DNA of 64,000 nt, taken from NCBI GenBank assembly GCA_013265495.1, contig MU058844.1, forward strand, positions 2,521,520 through 2,585,519. Direction: 5' to 3'. This document shows, one piece after another, positions 11,024-24,900 of the stretch. Each line of letters starts with the position of its first letter. The stretch's first letter is position 1. Origin of the DNA: Vicugna vicugna (Eukaryota). The notes under the pieces were generated by a model. That model saw only the letters and a list, made by a program, of their open reading frames with translations. It ran no database searches and had not been told where the DNA came from. The translations under genes were made by a program, and so were the position numbers.

Positions 11024-12979
11024 TTTTTAAAATTTACTTTTATTACTTAATATAGTCAGTTTACAATGTTGTGTTAATTTCTGGTGTACAGCATAAATTT
11101 GTCATATATACATATACTCATTTTCATATTATTCTTTATTATAGGTTACTACAAGATATTGAATATAGTTCCTATGCTATACAGAAGAAACTTGTTGTAT
11201 ATCTATTTTATATATAGTAGTTAGTATCTGCAAATCTTGAACTCCCAAATTTATACCTTCCCACCCCTTTCCCTCAGTAACCATGATTGTTTACTAGGTC
11301 TGCAAGTCTGTTTTATAGATGAGTTCATTAGTGTCCTCTTTTTTCTTTCTTTAGGTTCCATGCATAAGTGATATCATGTGGTGTTTTTCTTTCTCTTTCT
11401 GGCTTACTTCAGTTACAATGATGTTCTCCAGATCCATCCATGTTGCTGCAAGTGGCATTATTTTATTCTTTTTTATGTCTGAGTAGTATTCCATTGTATA
11501 AATATACAACAACTTCTTTATCCAATCATCTGTCAATGGACAATTAGACTGCTTTCATATCTTGGCTATTGTATGTGGTGCTACTATGAACATCAGGGTG
11601 CATGTATCTTTTCAAATTAGAATTCCCTCCAGATATATGCCCAAGAGTGGGATTGCTGGATCATATTGTAAGTCTATTTTTAGTCTTTGAGGAATCTCCA
11701 TAATGTTTTCCACAATGGCTGCACCAAACCAGATTCCCACCAACAGTGTAGGAGGGCTCCCTTTTCTCCACACTCTCTCCAGCATTTGTCCGTTGTGGAC
11801 TTTTGCATGATGGCCATTCTGACTGGCATGAGGTGATACCTCATTGTAGTTTTGATTTGCATTTCTCTGATAGTTAGCGATACTGAGCATTTTTTTAATG
11901 TGCCTATTGGCAATTTTTGTATCTTCATTGAAGAATTGATTGTTTGGGTCTTCTGCCCATTTTTGGATAGAGTTGTTTGTTTTTTGTTATTGTTGTTATT
12001 AAGCTGCATATATTCTGGAAATTAAGCCCTTGTCAATCTTACCTTTTGCAAATATTTTCTCCTATTCCATAGGTTGTCTTTTTGTTTTTCTTTTAGTTTC
12101 CTTTGCTGTGCAAAAGCTTGTAAGTTTAATTAGGTCCCATTTAATTTTTAACTAATTTAAAAAATTTTTTGCTCTTATTTCTGTTGCCTAGGTAGAATTC
12201 CCTAGGAGAACATTGGTAATATTTATTTTAGAAAATGCTTTGCCTATGTTTTCTTCTAGGAGGTTTATAGTGTCTTGTCTTATGTTTATGTCTTTAAGCC
12301 ATTTTGAGTTTATTTTTGTGTATGGTACTGAGGCAGTGTTCTAACTGCATTGATTTACATGCAGCTGTCCATTTTTCCCAACACCACTTGCTGAAGAGAC
12401 TGTCTTTTTGTCATTGTATATTCTTGTTCCTTTGTAGAAGATTAATTGACCAAAAGTCTGTGGGTTTATTTCTGGGACCTTTGTTCTGTTCCTTTGACCC
12501 ATATGTGTGTTTCTGTTTCAATACCATGCTGTTTTGATTACTGTAACTCTGTAATATTGTCTGAAGTCTGGGAGGGTTATTCCTCCAGCTTCATTTTTTT
12601 CCCCTCAGTATTGCTTTGGCAGTTCTGGGTCTTTTGTGATTCCATATAAATTTTAGGATTATTTGTTCTAGTTCTATGAAAAATGTCCCTAGTAATTTGA
12701 TAGGGATCACAGTAAATATGTAGATTGCTTTGGGTATTATGGCCATTTTAATAATATTAATTCTTCCAATCCAAGAGCATGGGATATCTTTCCATTCCTT
12801 TCAATCATCTTTAATTTCCTTAATCAATGTTTTGTACTTCTCCACATAAAATTCTTTCACCTTCTTGGTCAGATTTATTATTCAATTTTTTTTTTTGGAT
12901 GTGATTATAAAAGGGATTGTTTCTTTACTTTCTTTTTCTGATATTTCATTGTTAGTGTAAAGAAATGCAACTGATTTCT
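11024..12979 (-). mobile_element. 5'-truncated lineage-specific L1, about 2 kb (ORF2 C-terminus plus 3' UTR)
   Basis: ORF fragments [20 protein letters not shown]...[18 protein letters not shown] and TDDWIKKLLYIYTMEYYS are L1 ORF2 C-terminal motifs, frameshifted. The 3' UTR matches the copies at 46287 and 49326. Confidence 0.95.
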
Positions 12980-13609
12980 TAAAAATAAGTGTATTTTTAT
13001 TCCCCCCATACTCTCTCTTGCACACCATTCCTGTTCTTCCCAAAGTAACATCCTTCTGGACCAGCCCTGTGTAATATTAGAATACTAGAGTTGATATGAA
13101 GGTAGGGGATACTTAGAAGTAGTAGGCAGAGGGAAAGGGAAAGAAAATCCCAAAGAGCAATGATGAAGTGAGTGTACTCACTCTGGTCCTAGAAACAACT
13201 TCTCATAAATAGTTGTTCATAGATACATGACACATAGATGATGATGAATCCCAGTAGTGCTTTGGAACCCAAACAAGGAAAGTATCCTTTATTAAATTTA
13301 ATAAATGTCCTAAATATTATCCACTATGTTTTTTTTTCTCTTTCTAAGCGTTGAAGGAGAGATGCACTGGGATCATGTAGATGGTTCCTTGTGTCAGGTG
13401 CTCTTCTTTAAAGAACAGTACTATCCCCTAACACAGGATTATTACTGTTGCTGCAGGAATGTGCAAAGTCTTCATCATATCCTATGAGTATTGGAATTCC
13501 AAGGAGTTTCCACAATTGATAAATTAGAACATACCACAATAGATAAATAAGAGAGAAAAAAATCTTTGAAATATTACTGTTATGTAAAAAGAAAATAAAA
13601 ATAATTGAA

Positions 13610-13994
13610 CAACAATCATAGGATACTAACTGCTGTAACAGGTAAACCCTGAATCACAGATGCTTAACACAAATAAAGTTTATTGGTAGGTGGTCCTCCA
13701 CATGAACATTCAAGAATCCTGGTTGGTTCATCTTGGGGAATTCTCATGCTCAACATCTGGATTCCAAGGTCACTCCATAGGTTATCTCATTTAGTCTGCC
13801 AGAAGGGAAGAAATCCATACAGGTTCACTGTGGAGATCTTTATGGTCTACCTGGAAGTAGTTCACATTCCTTCTGCTGCATTCCATTGGCTTAGACTTAG
13901 TCACATGAACACAACTAACCACAAGATGTACTGAGAAATGCAAGGTAGTTGTGCGGACAGAAATAAGAGAAAATAGATTTTGGTCTTTTCCACA
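13610..13994 (-). mobile_element. MaLR MLT1-type solo LTR
   Basis: ctaactgctgtaaca...gcttaacacaaataaagtttatt...cattccattggcttagacttagtcacatg...ccaca. Confidence 0.7.
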
Positions 13995-14009
13995 GCCTGC
14001 TGTAGACCT

Positions 14010-14200
14010 ACTGTGTGCTACGAACTATGCTACACAGACTGTGTGTTTCTTGTGTAGTCCTCACAAATTAAAAGGGATATTATCTCCATTTTGTAGATGT
14101 AGAAGTTCAAGATTATTTGGACTTGATCAGGACTATTCAGCTAAAAATATCAGAGCTGAAATTTGAGGCTGATTTTAATATTCAGTCAATGGACTCCAAA
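14010..14200 (-). mobile_element. MIR SINE fragment
   Basis: cctcacaaattaaaagggatattatctccattttgtagatg (MIR core, antisense). Confidence 0.55.
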
Positions 14201-14229
14201 GGTCAGTCCATGGACAGAGGCAACAAAAT

Positions 14230-14378
14230 TATGTAGAGAGCAGGTTTAAATATAACTTGATTGAAATAATCCCTGGAGATTCTTATTCAGTAGCTTTGGG
14301 TTAAAGCCCACTAAAAAATATTTTTAAAAGCTCCCTAGGTAGTTCCAGATACGGCCAAAATTGGGACCAGCTGCTCTA
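14230..14378. mobile_element. MER5A-like hAT MITE
   Basis: gagattcttattcagtagctttggg...ttttaaaagctccctaggtagttcc...ttgggaccagctgctcta. Confidence 0.65.
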
Positions 14379-17300
14379 AGTTTTCCTGAAATCAACCACT
14401 GAATGGACACTACAGGGGCATGAAAATTGGCAATAATCAATTGCTCTCATAGGGCATAAACAATAATGTCAGACCATTCTCTCTTTCTTTCAATCTCTCA
14501 TTAAATATGAAGAGAACATTGAAGTATTCAGCAGCTTCTCAGGACAAACTGGTAACATGATGATGATGTTTAAATGGTGGCTTTTGTCCATATGGGAGTG
14601 AACTGAAGGACAGAGTAATTTCAAGTGGCATCATTCACTGAGCAGCCATGAAGCAATAAGTTCAGTAACAACAACCAGATCATTACTCAGCTGGGTGGCA
14701 TTTGAATTAGTATCCTAAAAAGCTCCTACTGCTTTGTTTCCAAAGCTGAGTCTCTCTCTTAAAATACCGTGAAAATTAGAATGACTGGAATGATAATGCT
14801 TAGACAAAATTTTCCTAATGTCCCCAAACTAAAAGTATACACTATACTTAACCATCTTACCCTAGATTGTGGCTTTTCTCCTAAAAATCCTGGAGAAATG
14901 CAGAAACTTTGCTAAAGGACATTTTCTGTTTTGAGCTCTTTGATATTGGTGTAATCTCCCATCGTTAATCTTCAGAGTATGTTTGAACTCTTAATCTAGC
15001 ACTGTTCTGTGGCAATTTAAATAGCAAATAATTCTTTAGGACCAATTCTGTTAGTCTTTCTGAGATTATTTTGCAACTCTAGCAGTAAACGTAAAAGGTG
15101 CATCCTATAGCTGGAAGTTAGGGATTTTACTGATATATATTTATCTGTCTCTAAATTACCAAACACAAATATACTATTGGAGAGTACACAGACCTTGAGA
15201 TTACCAGCTATTACTTACATTCAAATTTATTGAGCTATAGAGGTGATTTACATAGTTCCCTCCATTTAATTTCAAAAGAGTTCAGGAAACTTTGAGGCTT
15301 GTTAAAACTCTCACTCAGCACATGCACATATGTGTCTGCACATTTGGACAATACTTAATATAAGCCATTATTTGAAATTACAGATAGCTCAGTTAATAAA
15401 AATGCAAAATCTGCTGTTCTCTTCATCTCTTAAAAATTATTTCCATGTGTTGTAATTTAGTATGGTGTTATTTGTTTGGAAAATTAAAGTAATAAAACCT
15501 TAGTTTGTCGTGTGTCTGAATGGTGGCAATGATTGTCTCAGTGGGTGGCTGCAAATGTGGGAAGAAGTCATTGTCAAGATATGCAGACAGAATAAATACT
15601 ATTTACTAAGGCTAATGTATAAGAACTAATAATAGACATATTGTTGCATGAAAAAATTACCTCCCTAGGAGAATTTGAACAGTTAGCATCAGTGCAGTTA
15701 GCCTGCACATGTTTCCCTTGTAAGCCACTAAAATAATCTTCTGGAGAAGAAAAGAAGCCAGAGCAGTCTTCTCTTTGTCATCTTTCTATGTTGCATTATC
15801 TGGGGTTATATAGAGAGTATGAAGTTAGTAGTAATTAATGATGATTATAATAGTTGGATTATTAATATTTTAGAAGCATGATAAATGATTATTATAATCA
15901 TGTGAAGCACCAGGAACACATGCAATTGTGATGATGCTATTATTTTAGTAATTTAGAAAATTAATGCATAAGAAGAGATCAATGAGGGATGATTTGGATT
16001 GAGTGTGTGAGTATGCATGTGAAAGGAAAATTATTAAAGGGCAAAGCTAATCAACTGGACAAGAAACTTTCCAGTACTGTTTGTTCACAAACCTCCTTCT
16101 CCAGGGAATTTTGAATTTTTTCCTATGTAAAATCCCTAAAGAGAACAAGATTTGGAAAAATCCCTTGGATCTATAAAATTCCAATTACCAAAGCACAGTA
16201 ACTAGACCTTCTGCCAAGATCTAATGTACTAAGATTTTAAAATATCAGCATGGATCAAAGATAAAGATGCATTGCTCTAAGTAGATCACATATAATTTTT
16301 TTTGTGACAAATTCTGTGACCAAAAAAACTGCAAATCAGCTTGTCTTTGCTTTCTAAGAGTTTGGTCAAGACTGCTCATCTTGATCCTATTGAATGGTGA
16401 ATATGTGAAAGCATCAGACTCCTCTACGAAGCACTTTTATGTTGAATTTTTCAATTAATACCACAATAACCCTAAATTCATTTTACTGAAGGAGGAAGAG
16501 AGACAAAGAGATGTTAAGTAACTTGTTGAAGAAGGCATAGTTTGCAAATAGCAAAGTTATTATCAAACCAGTCAGGCTGACTCCAGAATTAAAGCCCCAG
16601 GCCAGTTCTCCATATTACTGTGCACAGAATTTAAGAACTACACATGGTCAGGAAACAACAGCATGAAGTTTATAGTTTTCTGATCCTTGTTCTGCATAGG
16701 CCATACAAGGACAGTGACCCAGATTATAGAGCTGGATCAGAGGGAGGTATATCATGAAAATGATATGAGAGTAAGAGCAAAAAAAATTACATTAGAAGAT
16801 AATTAAGGATTAGTGGCATGGTACTTGTAACATACACAAAATTTGAGAGGTTAAAAATGAAGACCCAAGATAGAAGCCAAGTGATAGAAAAACATAGGTA
16901 TGCATAAGCAAGATACAAGGTGAGGACAGGTGAGGGGTTTCAGAACAGTTTCAGTAGGGCTAGTGTGAACAAGGGTCATACTTATGAGATGTTCTCTTTA
17001 CGCAGGTGGGTTAATTATAATATATAGTAAAATAACAGGTAATTAACTAAATTGCTAAAAATTAGAATTTGTTACTTATTATTTATTTGTTTCCCATACT
17101 TATCCCTGATCTATACTTCAAAATATAACATATGCTTAATTAAAATCCATGATTCTATAATTGATAAATAATCATAGACAAGTAGTACTTGACAGAAAAT
17201 TCAGGTGTTATCAATGGACAACTCATACAAATCTGCAAAATTATAAATAAATCAGAAAATGAAATTATTTTTTACTTTTATATTTTATGTATATATTACC

Positions 17301-17399
17301 TCATGTACTTTTTTGTTATAGGAAAAACTGCATACTCTTCTTTAGATAACTTCTTTATCTTCTGCATCCTTGCTTATGATCCTTTCCTTATCTTCCTTC

Positions 17400-17790
17400 C
17401 TCACAGCTTATCTTTGTCCCTGTTGTCTCCAGTTTCAGATCAAGTTAATGCTTTTCAGGAGAAATTTTCCTTGACCATCTCAAAGCAGACTGACCAGTCT
17501 TTTGCCTGAATTTAAAAAGTTAACACTAACTTGCAACTCAGAAAATGTAGTTTTTGTATGATGTATCTCCTCAACTAAATTGTAAGCCTTTGAGGATTAG
17601 GAATGATCAGATCTCTTTCTGTATATATATTGACTAACGTAAAATTCATTGAAGTAGTTTAATCAATTATCATTTACTGAATATTCACCATATACCAGTT
17701 TGTACATGCTTAGGTTAGAGGGAATAAAGAAGTAATCATTGAACAAATACGTGGTCCTTCTCTCAAGCATCTCATCATTTGTTGGAGGGA
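17400..17790. mobile_element. L2 fragments
   Basis: gaaattttccttgaccatc, ctaaattgtaagcctttgagg and catttactgaatattcaccatataccag. Confidence 0.5.
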
Positions 17791-17791
17791 A

Positions 17792-18177
17792 TGTATCAGT
17801 TAGAATATGCTAGGTTTTGCTGCCACAACATATGACTACCAAATCCTAGCCTCTTACAAAGGAAAATAGTTTGTGTATCTCTCATAGTACATGTCCACTG
17901 ACAGTCAGCTAAGCTCTGACTCGTGATCTGCACTCCAGGATCCAAGCTGACAAAAAAGACCACTGATCACGATGGCAGTGATGAAGGAAACATAGCACAC
18001 ACGTGCTGGCTCTAAAGCTTCTCCCCAAAATCACACACAAAACTCCCTCCTACATTTTTTGGCAAAAGCAAGTTGTATTTTTACTGCTTAGCTCTACAAG
18101 GCTGGGATATATCATTCTCAGGGAGGGTGGTAACTCAGAGAGAGAATGCTTAATGAATTGTAATACAAGTTACCTCA
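17792..18177 (-). mobile_element. MaLR MLT1-type solo LTR
   Basis: tgtatcagttagaatatgctaggttttgctgccacaaca...ctccaggatccaagctga...ctggctctaaagcttct. Confidence 0.7.
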
Positions 18178-19559
18178 GGGTGAAAGACAAAAAGTTAAGG
18201 ATAATTGCTGTCAGAGAGGTATACACAGTGTTCTCAGGAAGCTACCCACAGTGGAGATTGTCAAATCACCTGCTATTAGCAACTGAAAGGATGTTAAGTC
18301 ATTTAACTCAAGGCCCATTCAAGGCAATCAATACATGATTGTTGGTGGAGATTAAAATAAGTGTAAAAGGCAATAAATATGCAGTAATACCATGGAGTCA
18401 TTTCATCCAGAGAAGATAAATTTTTGTGAATGTTAGAAATAATATGTGAAAGAACAATCTACTCTAAAAGATTGTTTCAGAATTCTACACACGTATTGGG
18501 TAGATTGTGTGCTGTGAACTTTTTTTTACCACATGACATCTTGTTGGACCAATGTTAACATCTGAAATTTCTTTACAAAAGCACTGATGATAATTTAATC
18601 ATCCTTCCAACACATAAAAATTCATGCAACTGAATTTTAAGGGACTGATTAGAACATTTCTTAAGCTAAAATTCATCTGTCCACTCTTTCAAAGCACATA
18701 GTAAAATTTCAGAATCCATTTTCACCAGTTTTATATTTTATGTAAATTTTACTGTCATCCTTTTTGTATAAAAAAACAAGCTCTGCTCTTTGTATAATAT
18801 ATTAATATTCTGAAATCTGTTTATATGAATTTAGTGCTTATTTTCTACTCATTTGCTAGTAGTTTGTCCATGTAATATAATACTACAAGTTTCAATGAGT
18901 GGAGTAAAGATATTTCTTTTTCATAATATTTATTTTTTATGTAGAAAAATTCTTTCAAGTAGAATACAAGCTCTATGTGGTAATAAAAATCATAATGATG
19001 TGAATTTCAATTAGATTTTCATATAGAACTAATGCAATTAATCTAAAAATTATGACCCTTCAGTCCTAAAAGTAATGGAATGTGGATGGAAAGTGCAGTC
19101 TGGTAGATAATGTTTGTTTGTTTATTTCCAACGACCAAATCAGTACATGTCCATAAAATATGGGGAGGGGGGGATCCTTTTCCAGTCATGAATGATGGGA
19201 TGGCAGAACTGGACGACAGGCCAAAGTTCTATCATAACTTATAGGTGCACTTTTCAGGTTTGGACTCAGCTGTAACATTACCCTAGGTGAGGGCTGCTGC
19301 TCAGCTAACCAAGGGTCTCCTGTGATAGAGGTCAAGTTTCTTCATGCCATATTTATGTGACAAATATACCTGTCTGCCAGCCATCATCATGCAACTTATA
19401 GGCATTAGAACCATGGGGACAGGTTCATTTGAGAAGAACCTGTTTTCTAGCTCTGCTTGTTACCTGTAAGTTGCCACAGAATGTGACAGACATGGGGGAT
19501 TACACAACTTCTCCTAATTCTCTTTCTGAGAGCTTCTGTAATCTCCTTCTATCACCATA

Positions 19560-20600
19560 ACTTGAGCAAAAACATGGCTACAAGCATCTAAACGGAATAT
19601 GACCACCTTAAATCCATCCATATAAAAAAGATAAGTTACAACCACACTATATCTCAAAAATTCAAGATAACTACAAAATTCAAACATCAACAATATCATT
19701 AAATGTGGTAAGAGAATAAAGTAGATAAAATCATCAGATCACTCAAAGAGTTACAGAAAAAACACTGGATTCAACATTCAATTATGATAAAAGTATCAGT
19801 AAATAAGAAAAAGAAACTTATTTTGATAAATATTAACAAAAATTCAATTATCAAATAACCTCATAGTGAAATGTTGAAAGCTTTCACTTTGAGCTGAAAA
19901 GATGCATTATGTCACTATTTGTCTTCAATTTTATACTATCAGTTTCAGTGTAATAAGTCAAGGAAAAAAAAATAAAATGCAAAACAATTGAAGAAAAAAC
20001 ATTATTTGTAATTTGCAGTTATCATGATTTGTCTGTTTAATAAATCCATAAAATTCTATAGTAATTTAGTAAAGGCAATGATCAATAAGAAAACAAACAA
20101 TAAACAATTGCATTTCCAGTAATATACTAGCAACATAAAGTGAAATTCTTAGAAATAGACCAGTATGAGTAAGACTTTGATACAAAATTTTTAAGGTGTT
20201 ATTAAGAAAAGTCAGAGACTGGAAAAAACAGAGGAATATACCACATTTATGTTTGAAAAACTTAGTGTTTTAAATGTGCCAATTCTATTCAAATATATGG
20301 CAATATAGTCTCAATCAAAATTCCAGTAGGTTGGAAGAAAAATGATGATCTAATTCTAAAATACATATAGAAATGCAAAAGGCAAGGAAGTCAAGGCATT
20401 CTAAAAGAAGATGAACCAAGAAGAAGCACTTGTCTTCCCGGATATTATAACACTATGGTAATTAAGGTAAGACAGCATAATTAGACAAAGGATGGGCACA
20501 TAGACCAATAGTATTGAATACAGAGCCTTGAAAAGACCTGCATGTAAAAGGAAAGTTGTTTTTTTCCATAAGAAATAAGTTGACTACTTTAGAAAGACTC
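19560..20600 (+). mobile_element. Old, decayed L1M ORF2 fragment
   Basis: A-rich; motifs attcaacattcaattatgataaaa, tctcaatcaaaattccagtagg, ctaattctaaaatacatatagaaatgcaaaagg and catagaccaatagtattgaatacagagcc. Confidence 0.75.
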
Positions 20601-21549
20601 AAAGTTAGATTTGTAAAAAGATATTGGTATTGAATTAGGTGTGGGGGACATACATATAAAAGACATGGAAAACGTGGTCAAATCTGGAGGCATTCTCTTC
20701 TCAAATTATTTCTTAAGTAAGTCTCTACACCTCCTTGCTTCTCTTTAGGAAAACTCAGACTGGAAATTACACAGAATGCATTTTGGTTGGATTTATTATT
20801 TTTAAAAAAACCTGATGTGGAGTTTATGTCCAAGGATTCATACATACTCAAATCAGATTTTTGGCAATAAGTCAAAATTTTGGAGAATAAATATGTAATT
20901 ACCTACTATAAATTAAGTTTATGTTTTTTACCATTTTTTCTGCTGTATTATTTCTTTCTATTTACTAACTTCCAGGACTGAATATATGATATCAAAAGTT
21001 TTCTATTGGGCTTCTTATTATGAATTTTAATAATTATAATTAAAAAATAAGCATAGCAAGCAAAGATTAAATTGGTGGGTTTATTTGGTGATATCTATAA
21101 TTTTGTACTTTGTCCTGGACTGCAAATTAAGTACATTTGATAGAATTTCTTCAGGGACATTGGAAAACTGATGTGGAATGAAATATTTCCTTTGAGTGTT
21201 AGTTTTCATTAAGATATTGGTATGATGTAATTTAATTTTCAATAAAACAAAGCATAATTTTCTTATAACTAAAAACTCTGAACACTCAGATGTAAAATTG
21301 TCAGCTAACAAGATTTGCTATTACAAAACTGTTTGACTTCTCAAAAAATAGGATAATCTCATGCTTCTCTTAAAACACAGCCCTCCTACCTCCTTATATT
21401 TTACCTTGTTTAGTTATATGTTTCTGTTAATTAAAAACTAATTTTAAAATAATTTTTATCCCTAATGCCTCAGTAAGTTATTTTTCTTAGAAATGTTGAG
21501 GAAGTATTTTTTACCAGTTTTGTCTTATTCTTATTTTCTGGGCCATATG

Positions 21550-21990
21550 TTTTTAAAAAACAACACAAATACTAACAATCAACAGAAAGATGAGCAAAAA
21601 TTGAAAGGACACTCAAAAGAGGATATTCAAATAAACAGTAAATGCATAAAAATGTCCACAGCTTCTTTGTCTTCAGGGAAATATATATGTATTTTTATGT
21701 ATATATAAAATTCCATTTCACACCATCTAGAATGGCTAAAATGAACATTTGGTTAAGGTAGTGAAGTGACTGAGTGACTGTATGTCTTGACTACATCTTA
21801 GACATATGCATGTCCTATGCTCCTATAATTTCACTCTCGGGAATATATGCATAAGAAATGCATATGTATATTTACTAACATATTAATAAATTAATAAAAA
21901 AACACTATCTATGAAAGTCAAAAACTGGAATGTCTCTCAAGAATAAAATGAATAAATAAAATTTTCATTATGTAGATCATTTAAAAAATG
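21550..21990 (+). mobile_element. Old L1M 3' fragment
   Basis: caaaagaggatattcaaataaacagtaaatgcataaaaatg and ccatttcacaccatctagaatggctaaaatg. Confidence 0.6.
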
Positions 21991-24900
21991 ATGACTAAAA
22001 TAAAAGTAAAATAAAAGTTGCATTAATATAGAATACAGAAATAGCAAAAATATTCAATAAATTATTTTTTTAGATTAACAAAGTCACTTGAAGAATATAA
22101 AAATCAATAGGATAAACTAATATGAATAACTCAACAGTTGGTTTAAATCCCAGAGATGAGTTTTCTTTAAATATTAAAAATGATTGACACATTATTTTCA
22201 CTGTTTTCTTTTAAAGTTAACTTGAAGACAGAAATCAGAAACAGAATATACAGAAAATACTGACAATAAGAGTACTAGATACAGACAATAAAGGAATGTG
22301 AATAAAGTCATTCATTAGAAGTTAAGGTCAAAACGTAAAATTTTGTAATTATTTAGCAAAAAAGAATAAATGAACTAGGCCGAATTTGTTGTATATAAGA
22401 ATTATCTGTGGAGCTTAATTAAATAAAATGCAAAATTCACAGAAGTCCTGATTGTTTACATGTATGTTGGGGGACCTCTTAAAAACTACCCTGAAATTCT
22501 AATGCAAGTGATTTTTGGCCTATTCTTTGAGAAAATGTAACTAAGCATTCAACTCAAAATTCTGTTCACCAAATGGAAAGGGGAAAAATCTAGCTGTGGG
22601 CCAAATTTTTAAACACTGAATTGGCACAAGCATTCAATTCAACACAATTAAACCTTACTTGTGTTACTAGAAGATGAAAGAAAGAAACAACAACCAAAAA
22701 CTATACTAGAGGAAGAATAATCTTTTACTTTTTTCCCTAAACATGCTTTGATCTTGAGCTCTGCCTTAGAATTTAATTCACAAAGTCATTAAGGAAAACA
22801 CTAAAGCTGTGGTTCTTTGAACTAAGACTCTCTGAAGGCACGTACATCAACAGGATGGCAAGCTAGAACTTCCAGAAAAGAGGAGGCTGATACTGGATTC
22901 TTCTAGAGCAGGAATGCCCACAGATTTTTTAAAAATTTAACATCTTGTATTTGACTTTGAATCATTCAGTACTTTCCTGTAACCGTCTATTATACCTCAT
23001 GAAATTGCTGCCTTAGGGAAAGAGAAGAAACTTGCTCTCATGATTTTGTTATCAAAAGAGAGCCAAGAAATGAAAGAATTGTATGGAATATGAATTGCAT
23101 TACAAAAAAGCTATTAAAAAAAAAGATGAAAGAGAACCAAGGTATCTGGAACAATGCACAGATTCAACTACTAGGCTGTCTCAAATAACTAAGGACTAAG
23201 AAGTAACCTACAAGAGCAAATGTCCTTTCAGTATGCATGCAAATATTGGGAAGGGCTGTGAACTTCCCACAGTTTCAAGTGGGGGACTTCATAAGTAATT
23301 TTACCTAAATAGTAAGAGGAAGGATAGTTCTAGAATGCTAGAAGACTTGAAGATAAAACATGCTTGAAGGACCACAAAGTTAAGACTTTATTTTTTTAAG
23401 GTATTTAAATGTTATAATCCCACTAAATTCATAAACTTTCCTTGGGACACAGTACATATTTTGGCTTGTGGGTTTTTCAGAGGAGAAAACAATTCATAAA
23501 AAAGGATTAACATTAACACTGAGTAAATAAATATGTAAAAATATATAATTAAATTCTGGTTTTTACTTTCTATATAGTCATCTAAATATATTAGCAGAAT
23601 ATGAACAGACTAAATTGTCAAGCGATTAGGTACTAAAATGGTTGTTAGGTTGAAAGTTTTTTTGAGTTTGAAGTAAAACTATCACAGGAATCAGACCATG
23701 AGTAAAGACAGTGAAACAATGGAGAAAAATCAGCAGCCTTACTTTACAGAACTCTGTGGAGAATGAGCGAATGACTAAATTCAAGAAAAACTAATAAATT
23801 AAAAATATGTAATTATGTTCTCTTTTGTGAAATTTGTTCTACTTTATCAATTGCAGCTTAGAATATAAGTTCAGGATTTCTATGCAACTGGAAACAGAAG
23901 AAATATTGATACGTTACTCTTTCAAAAGAGGGAAAAAAATGCCATAAAAGCTCTGTACATTAGAACAGAGTAGAAAATTGTCATCTTTTTGCTAGAGAAA
24001 CAAATATTTTTTAGTGGCCATGCCCTCTTTTTAGTTTCAATAATGGTTGGCCATTTTTATCCTCAGATAGAAAGAACACATTTTCTTCTCACTTCTCCTC
24101 CTTTATTTCATCACTTTGAATACCACTACTCACTGAAGACTTCTGTAGAGAAATTTTTTACCATATTTAATTTTTCTTATACATTAGTTTCAGCACTAAG
24201 TTCTATCTCTAAACAGAGACTGAAAGAAGTCTTAAAAAAATGAATGAGTACAAAGAGAAAGTTGTACGTGACATTAAATAGATTGATCCCATATCACGGT
24301 CGTCCAAAGAGAAAGTACTCTGAGGTGAATTAATTTAAAGTCTTATTGTGAAGTCAATCTTTTGTAAGACATAAGTGGAAGAGTTTATTGGCAGAAAGCA
24401 TTGCTTCACTTAAGACTTGCTAATATTTTAAGACCATAGTAGCAACATTTTAATTAGGACCAACACTTGTTATTTTTAAAGTGCCAAAAACACATATCAG
24501 ACTTTAAGAGTCTTTTATCTCAAAGCAGATAGAGCTTGCTCTCCTTTCCATAAGATGTTAATGAGATGCTGACAAATGCTTGGTACTTTTAACATAATTA
24601 ACAGTAAGTTATTTTGAATCTTTCAAGCTATTTTGCAATGTGACTTTTGTTTTTTAATCTTATTATAGTTAGGCATAATAGAATAGTTTAAAAATATGAG
24701 TAAAATAAAAATGGTTAAATGTTGATGAATTTTGAAGACATCCTTTTGTCTAATGCAGTAACTCTCCCAGTAAATTTAGTATGACATGATCATATCAAGG
24801 TGACAGAGTTCTTTGGTTGCAAAACTTAAACAAGGCATTTGAAGAGAGTGACTTTAATCAATTTTAGCTAGAAAGTATAATGAGAGTCTGAAGAAACAAT

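Noticed and set aside
11351..12649. ORFs of 61-109 aa with L1 ORF2 similarity
   Set aside because: Frameshifted fragments and antisense frames of a truncated L1; not a functional gene.
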